64,000 nucleotides of DNA from Stegostoma tigrinum (taxonomy: Eukaryota), in NCBI RefSeq assembly GCF_030684315.1, contig NC_081357.1, positions 39,189,786 through 39,253,785 of the forward strand, written 5' to 3'. The notes under the pieces were generated by a model, which worked only from the letters and a program-made list of their open reading frames with translations, did not search any database and was not told the origin of the DNA. The position numbers were made by a program, and so were the translations under genes. Shown here piece by piece: positions 62,740-64,000 of this stretch (within the stretch, counting starts at the first letter, position 1; each line of letters starts with the position of its first letter).

Positions 62740-63310
62740 CCTTCATGATAGTGGGCACCCACAGTATGAGAAGTAATTCATGGTGTTCAATGGCTTGCCA
62801 TTGATCTTAATTGGCACAAACCAGGACATGAGGATATACTCTCCAGTATAAGTGCAGCTCCAACAATACTCAAGAGACTTGACACCATCCAGGACAAAGC
62901 TGCCCACTTGACTGGCACCACATCCACCATCTTCAATATTCACACCTTCAACCACCATTGCAGTTTCAGCAGTATGTACTATCTGCAAAATATAACGCAG
63001 TAACCCACCAAGGCTCCTAACAAAGCACCTTCCCCGTCCATGATTACTACCATCTTGAAGGTCAAGAGCGACAGACGCATGAGAACACAGTATTTCCAAG
63101 TCCCTTTCCAAGCCACACACAACCCTGACTTAGAACTATATCACCATTCCTCCACAGTTGCTGGATCAAAATCCGAGAACTCCCTTAACACTGCTGTAAG
63201 TGAAGCTACACCATATGGGACTGTAAGTTTAAGAAAGCAGCTCACCACCACGGGCAGTTAGGCATGGGAAGTAAATGCTGACTTAGCCACTGAACTCACG
63301 TCCCATCAAT
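62740..63310 (+). mobile_element. Old L2/CR1-group LINE 3' remnant
   Basis: gcagctccaacaatactcaagagacttgacaccatccaggacaaagctgcccacttgactggcacc; same family as 5480-5923. Confidence 0.65.
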
Positions 63311-63369
63311 AAATACAGACTGTAGAAGATCACCCTTGACCACACTGAATTGGACGGGGGTTTGAAGAG

Positions 63370-63720
63370 ATTGTCTGCTCTTCCGCTACTATCCTTATCA
63401 CCGCTCCTTCCCCGCGCCCGTCAATTACAATCCATCCTTCTTCCCCTCTTGTTATCTTCCTTTCCCTCCCCACCATTCCACCATTACTTATTTCGCCCTT
63501 TTTCCCCCTGCTCCTTTTTTCTCTTTACCTTCCCAATCCAACCTCAGGTTTCCTCTTTACCCACCCCCCTATTCCTTCGGTCCCCTTCTCGTTTCGCTCC
63601 TTTCTCTCCCTACCCTTTTCTGATAACCCCCAGCCCGCAAGCCCCGGACCCCTGACCCCGTCCTTCCACCCCTCTCTCTCTCTCTCTCTGTGCTGGTCTC
63701 TAACCTACTCTCCCTCACCC
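63370..63720 (+). repeat. Pyrimidine-rich low-complexity tract with (CT)n
   Basis: C/T-dominated for ~350 nt, with (ct)n at ~63672-63689. Confidence 0.7.
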
Positions 63721-63809
63721 ACACTATCTGCCTGTCAGTCTCCATTTGTTACTGTCCAGATCACTGTAGCAACGTCACTGTGACAACTGCTGGACTTTAA
63801 TCTGCACCC

Positions 63810-63823
63810 GTTTCCCTGGTAAC
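63810..63823. promoter_or_regulatory. Candidate RFX X-box
   Basis: GTTTCC-CT-GGTAAC imperfect palindrome in a CpG-enriched stretch, with a half-site tagcaac at ~63768-63774. Confidence 0.4.
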
Positions 63824-64000
63824 CGTGACTCACTTGTATGTCTCGTGCACCAGACATCAACATTTTTAAGTCTACCGAGCCCCGAGATGAGCTTTTCGTT
63901 TGCATCTTGGATAGTATCCCATTTGTACGGTTGGACGAGTTAGTTGGAAGGAAGCTCATTCCACCCTCCTTATTTAGTTTCTCCTTATATTTACATGTAT

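Noticed and set aside
63350-63655. 101-aa Pro/Ser/Leu/Phe-rich ORF
   Set aside because: Translation of a pyrimidine-rich low-complexity tract.

Overview
Eukaryotic, repeat-rich vertebrate DNA. The HE1/V-type SINEs, HER1/CR1 LINEs and Penelope-like elements point to a cartilaginous fish (shark); this is inferred from repeat content. Two host genes are recognisable, arranged divergently as I recall them in human. GJB7 (connexin-25 type) has a single coding exon at 19826-20584 (-). SMIM8 has two coding exons at 53818-53952 and 55700-55858 (+), giving 97 aa, and is only partly visible in the ORF track. Most of the rest is mobile DNA: CR1 LINEs (one near full length with an SGNH-esterase ORF1), decayed Copia-like and Gypsy-like LTR elements, a probable solo LTR, a Tx1-like pair inserted at one site, SINEs and an 88-bp minisatellite. 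The most striking feature is about 20 insertions from two Penelope-like families, mostly 45-230 bp. Their terminal repeat carries a minimal hammerhead-ribozyme core (CTGATGA-stem-GAAA-CGTC). Many copies are fold-back hairpins with a one-sided tail of about 40 nt and 9-17 bp target-site duplications (TSDs). A GIY-YIG-bearing, 5'-truncated copy at 40423-41496 links them to a Penelope-like parent family. All calls were made by eye, and boundaries of old repeats are approximate.
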